NCBI GenBank assembly: GCA_016932575.1
Contig: JAFGCO010000006.1
Coordinates: 16,238 to 80,237 of the forward strand
DNA length: 64,000 nucleotides
Source: a bacterium
Lineage (GTDB): Bacteria; Zhuqueibacterota; QNDG01; JAFGCO01
Direction: 5' to 3'
A program made the translations under genes and the position numbers. The notes below the pieces were generated by a model. The model saw only the letters and a program-made list of their open reading frames with translations. It was not told the origin of the DNA and did no database searches. Each line of letters opens with the position of its first letter. Position 1 is the stretch's first letter. Positions 61,942 to 64,000 of the stretch are shown here, one piece after another.

Positions 61942-62858
61942 TTATTAATGTATTTGATCTTTCAAAATGGTACGGTCAGGTCATTGCCGTTAATAATTTA
62001 ACGTTTTCTGTTGATCCGGGAGTCACCGGATTTTTAGGACCCAATGGTGCCGGAAAGACGACTTTAATGCGTATGCTGATAGGACAGCTCAAACCCAGCC
62101 AGGGTACCATCACGATTGACGGGGAAACGATCTGGAATAATCATATGCTGATGCGCCGTATCGGTTACTGCCCGGAACAGGACGCTTTCTGGCAATACTT
62201 GACAGGGCGCGATTTTGTCCATGCGCTGGTGCGGTTACAGGGTTTTTCTTCAGATCAGGCAATGGAAAAAGCTGAGGCAGCCATTCGTCTTGTGAATATG
62301 GAAAAAGATCAAGATCGAAAAATTGGCAGCTACAGCAAAGGTATGCGGCAGCGAATTAAACTGGCTCAGGCTATTGCTCATGATCCGGACATTCTGTTTT
62401 TGGATGAGCCGCTGAACGGCCTGGATCCCATGGGCAGGCACCAGATGATGCAGCTTATAAAGGAACTTGGCAATCAGGGTAAAATTGTTGTGGTGTCCAG
62501 CCATATATTGCATGAGGTAGAGGCCATGACCGATACCATTTTATTGATTAATCACGGCCGGCTTTTAGCTCAGGGCACGATTTATGAGATCCGTAAACTC
62601 ATTGATTCCCATCCGCTGCAGGTAACCATCCGATGTCAACAGGTGGATAGGCTGACAGCCCTTTTAATGGCCTTTGAAGATGTACTCAGCGTTCATTTTA
62701 ATCGAGAAAAAAGCCAGGTTACGGTGGAAACAAACCAACCGGAATTGTTTCACCAACGTTTGCCGAAACTGGCGATTGATGAAAACTTGAAAATCACCTC
62801 TCTCTGGTCACCAGATGAAAATCTGGATGCGATTTTCGATTACCTGGTGGGAGGATGA
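61938..62858 (+). CDS. ABC transporter ATP-binding protein
   Basis: GPNGAGKT, YSKGMRQR, LDEPL, SSHIL. Confidence 0.93.
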   Translation: MIINVFDLSKWYGQVIAVNNLTFSVDPGVTGFLGPNGAGKTTLMRMLIGQLKPSQGTITIDGETIWNNHMLMRRIGYCPEQDAFWQYLTGRDFVHALVRLQGFSSDQAMEKAEAAIRLVNMEKDQDRKIGSYSKGMRQRIKLAQAIAHDPDILFLDEPLNGLDPMGRHQMMQLIKELGNQGKIVVVSSHILHEVEAMTDTILLINHGRLLAQGTIYEIRKLIDSHPLQVTIRCQQVDRLTALLMAFEDVLSVHFNREKSQVTVETNQPELFHQRLPKLAIDENLKITSLWSPDENLDAIFDYLVGG

Positions 62859-63646
62859 GGATGCTTTCTCTGTTCCAGTTTTTCATGAAATGTTTTTTAC
62901 GCAGCAAGCGTATGCTCTGGCTTGTGCTGCTGGGTCTGGTTCCGGTTTTTTATGTGTTTTTGGTATATCTACTCAAACCCATTGTGTTAAGTGATGACTT
63001 TTTGATCTGTGGTGTTTTTCCCAAACTTGCTTTTTCCATGTATTTGCATTTTTTACTTCCCCTGATGTCAGTGTTTATCGGAACGTCGGTCATCATGGAT
63101 GAAGTGGAGTCCGCAACATTGCCCTATCTTCTGGTCAGGCCCATTCCACGCTGGCAGATTGCATTTGCCAAAACACTGGTCGGTGAGGTGTTGCTGGCTA
63201 TCATTTTATGTGGCTCGCTTTTTATTTCCTACGGATTGATGAGCCTGGATGGCGAAATGATCGATATATGTTCAATCAGCACATTAATGTCTGCTGTTTT
63301 TGTTTTGGCAATCGGATGTTTTGCCTATGTTCCGCTTTTTAGCTTTTTGGGAGGATTGATTAAAAAACCGGTATTAAGCGGATTGCTGTTTACCTTTGGC
63401 TGGGAAAAAATCGTCGGATCTTTACCCGGAAGTCTCCGATTTACCACTCTGATAACTTATTTGAACAGTATGTTTCCATTCAAAGAAAAGGGGGAAGCGT
63501 CCGGTGTGTTCAGTCTTTTAAGAGCCACTGCCACAATCCTTACCACCTGGAAAGCCATCTTTGTTTTGATTGGCCTCATGCTTATTTTTCACTGGCTGAC
63601 AACTTCTCTTCTGTCCTGGAAGGAATATGCGTATGAAGAAGAGTAA
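62855..63646 (+). CDS. ABC-2 type permease
   Basis: DEVE..TL.YL..RPI.RW....K; multiple TM helices. Confidence 0.85.
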   Translation: MRMLSLFQFFMKCFLRSKRMLWLVLLGLVPVFYVFLVYLLKPIVLSDDFLICGVFPKLAFSMYLHFLLPLMSVFIGTSVIMDEVESATLPYLLVRPIPRWQIAFAKTLVGEVLLAIILCGSLFISYGLMSLDGEMIDICSISTLMSAVFVLAIGCFAYVPLFSFLGGLIKKPVLSGLLFTFGWEKIVGSLPGSLRFTTLITYLNSMFPFKEKGEASGVFSLLRATATILTTWKAIFVLIGLMLIFHWLTTSLLSWKEYAYEEE

Positions 63647-63825
63647 TCCCGAGATCCTGCTGTTTCACTCTTGAATGTTCATTATCTTTTATCAATGCTT
63701 TCATTCCGTTTGATTGATTAATATAAGATCCAAATTTAAATTGCTTTAACGGCATATTATTTGCAGTTATCATCATTTTGATTTGTCAAGGAATAATGAT
63801 GATATATTAAGGAGAAGCAATAGCG

Positions 63826-64000
63826 TTGAAGCAAATTGTTATTATTTTGTTGACTTGCCTGGCGGGCATTTTTTATTCATGGGCACAGGAGAAGAAGGAA
63901 GAATTGGATTTAACGAAACTGAGCCTGGAAGAATTGATGTCGCTTGAGGTTACCACTGCATCTAAAAAACCGCAAAAATTAACAGATGCTTCGGCTTCCG
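63826..64000 (+). CDS. TonB-dependent receptor, N-terminus only (runs off window)
   Basis: Not in the ORF track. AAGGAG SD, TTG, signal peptide MKQIVIILLTCLAGIFYSWA, then DLTKLSLEELMSLEVTTASKKPQKL..AS, the usual TBDR N-terminal signature. Confidence 0.75.
   Translation, partial: MKQIVIILLTCLAGIFYSWAQEKKEELDLTKLSLEELMSLEVTTASKKPQKLTDASAS

Overview
Chromosomal window from a diderm bacterium. Secreted proteins with 'NYPNPFNP...' FlgD-Ig/T9SS-like C-terminal tails, beta-barrels and a TonB-dependent receptor suggest an FCB-affiliated lineage such as KSB1/Calditrichota; this is an inference. Most of the window is housekeeping: PPi-type pfk, comF, gap-pgk-tpiA-secG-tRNA-Leu(GAG), an orphan rnfB, cysS, an OmpR/HisKA pair, a B12 radical SAM, a DEAD-box helicase, thrA-asd, lemA, pepD, nth, hslR and a four-gene ABC-2 operon. 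The most unusual part is an AT-rich islet downstream of cysS (~16740-19312). It encodes a sigma-70/ECF-like module fused to a TIR domain that keeps its catalytic Glu. The islet is bounded by a REP-like hairpin whose 3-nt loop has been split by a 176-bp MITE (16-bp TIRs, TCT duplication) carrying two more hairpins. Other notable items: a TPR-CsgG-like lipoprotein / 1469-aa propeller-Ig protein / beta-barrel operon; several genes that appear to carry clean deletions (slyD, a GH51-like gene that is also frameshifted in a T7 run, the ORF at 57896); a probable CTG start on an ABC ATPase; and a Treponema-type PGK. No CRISPR array, integrase, transposase or rRNA was seen. All protein calls come from motif recognition, not database searches.
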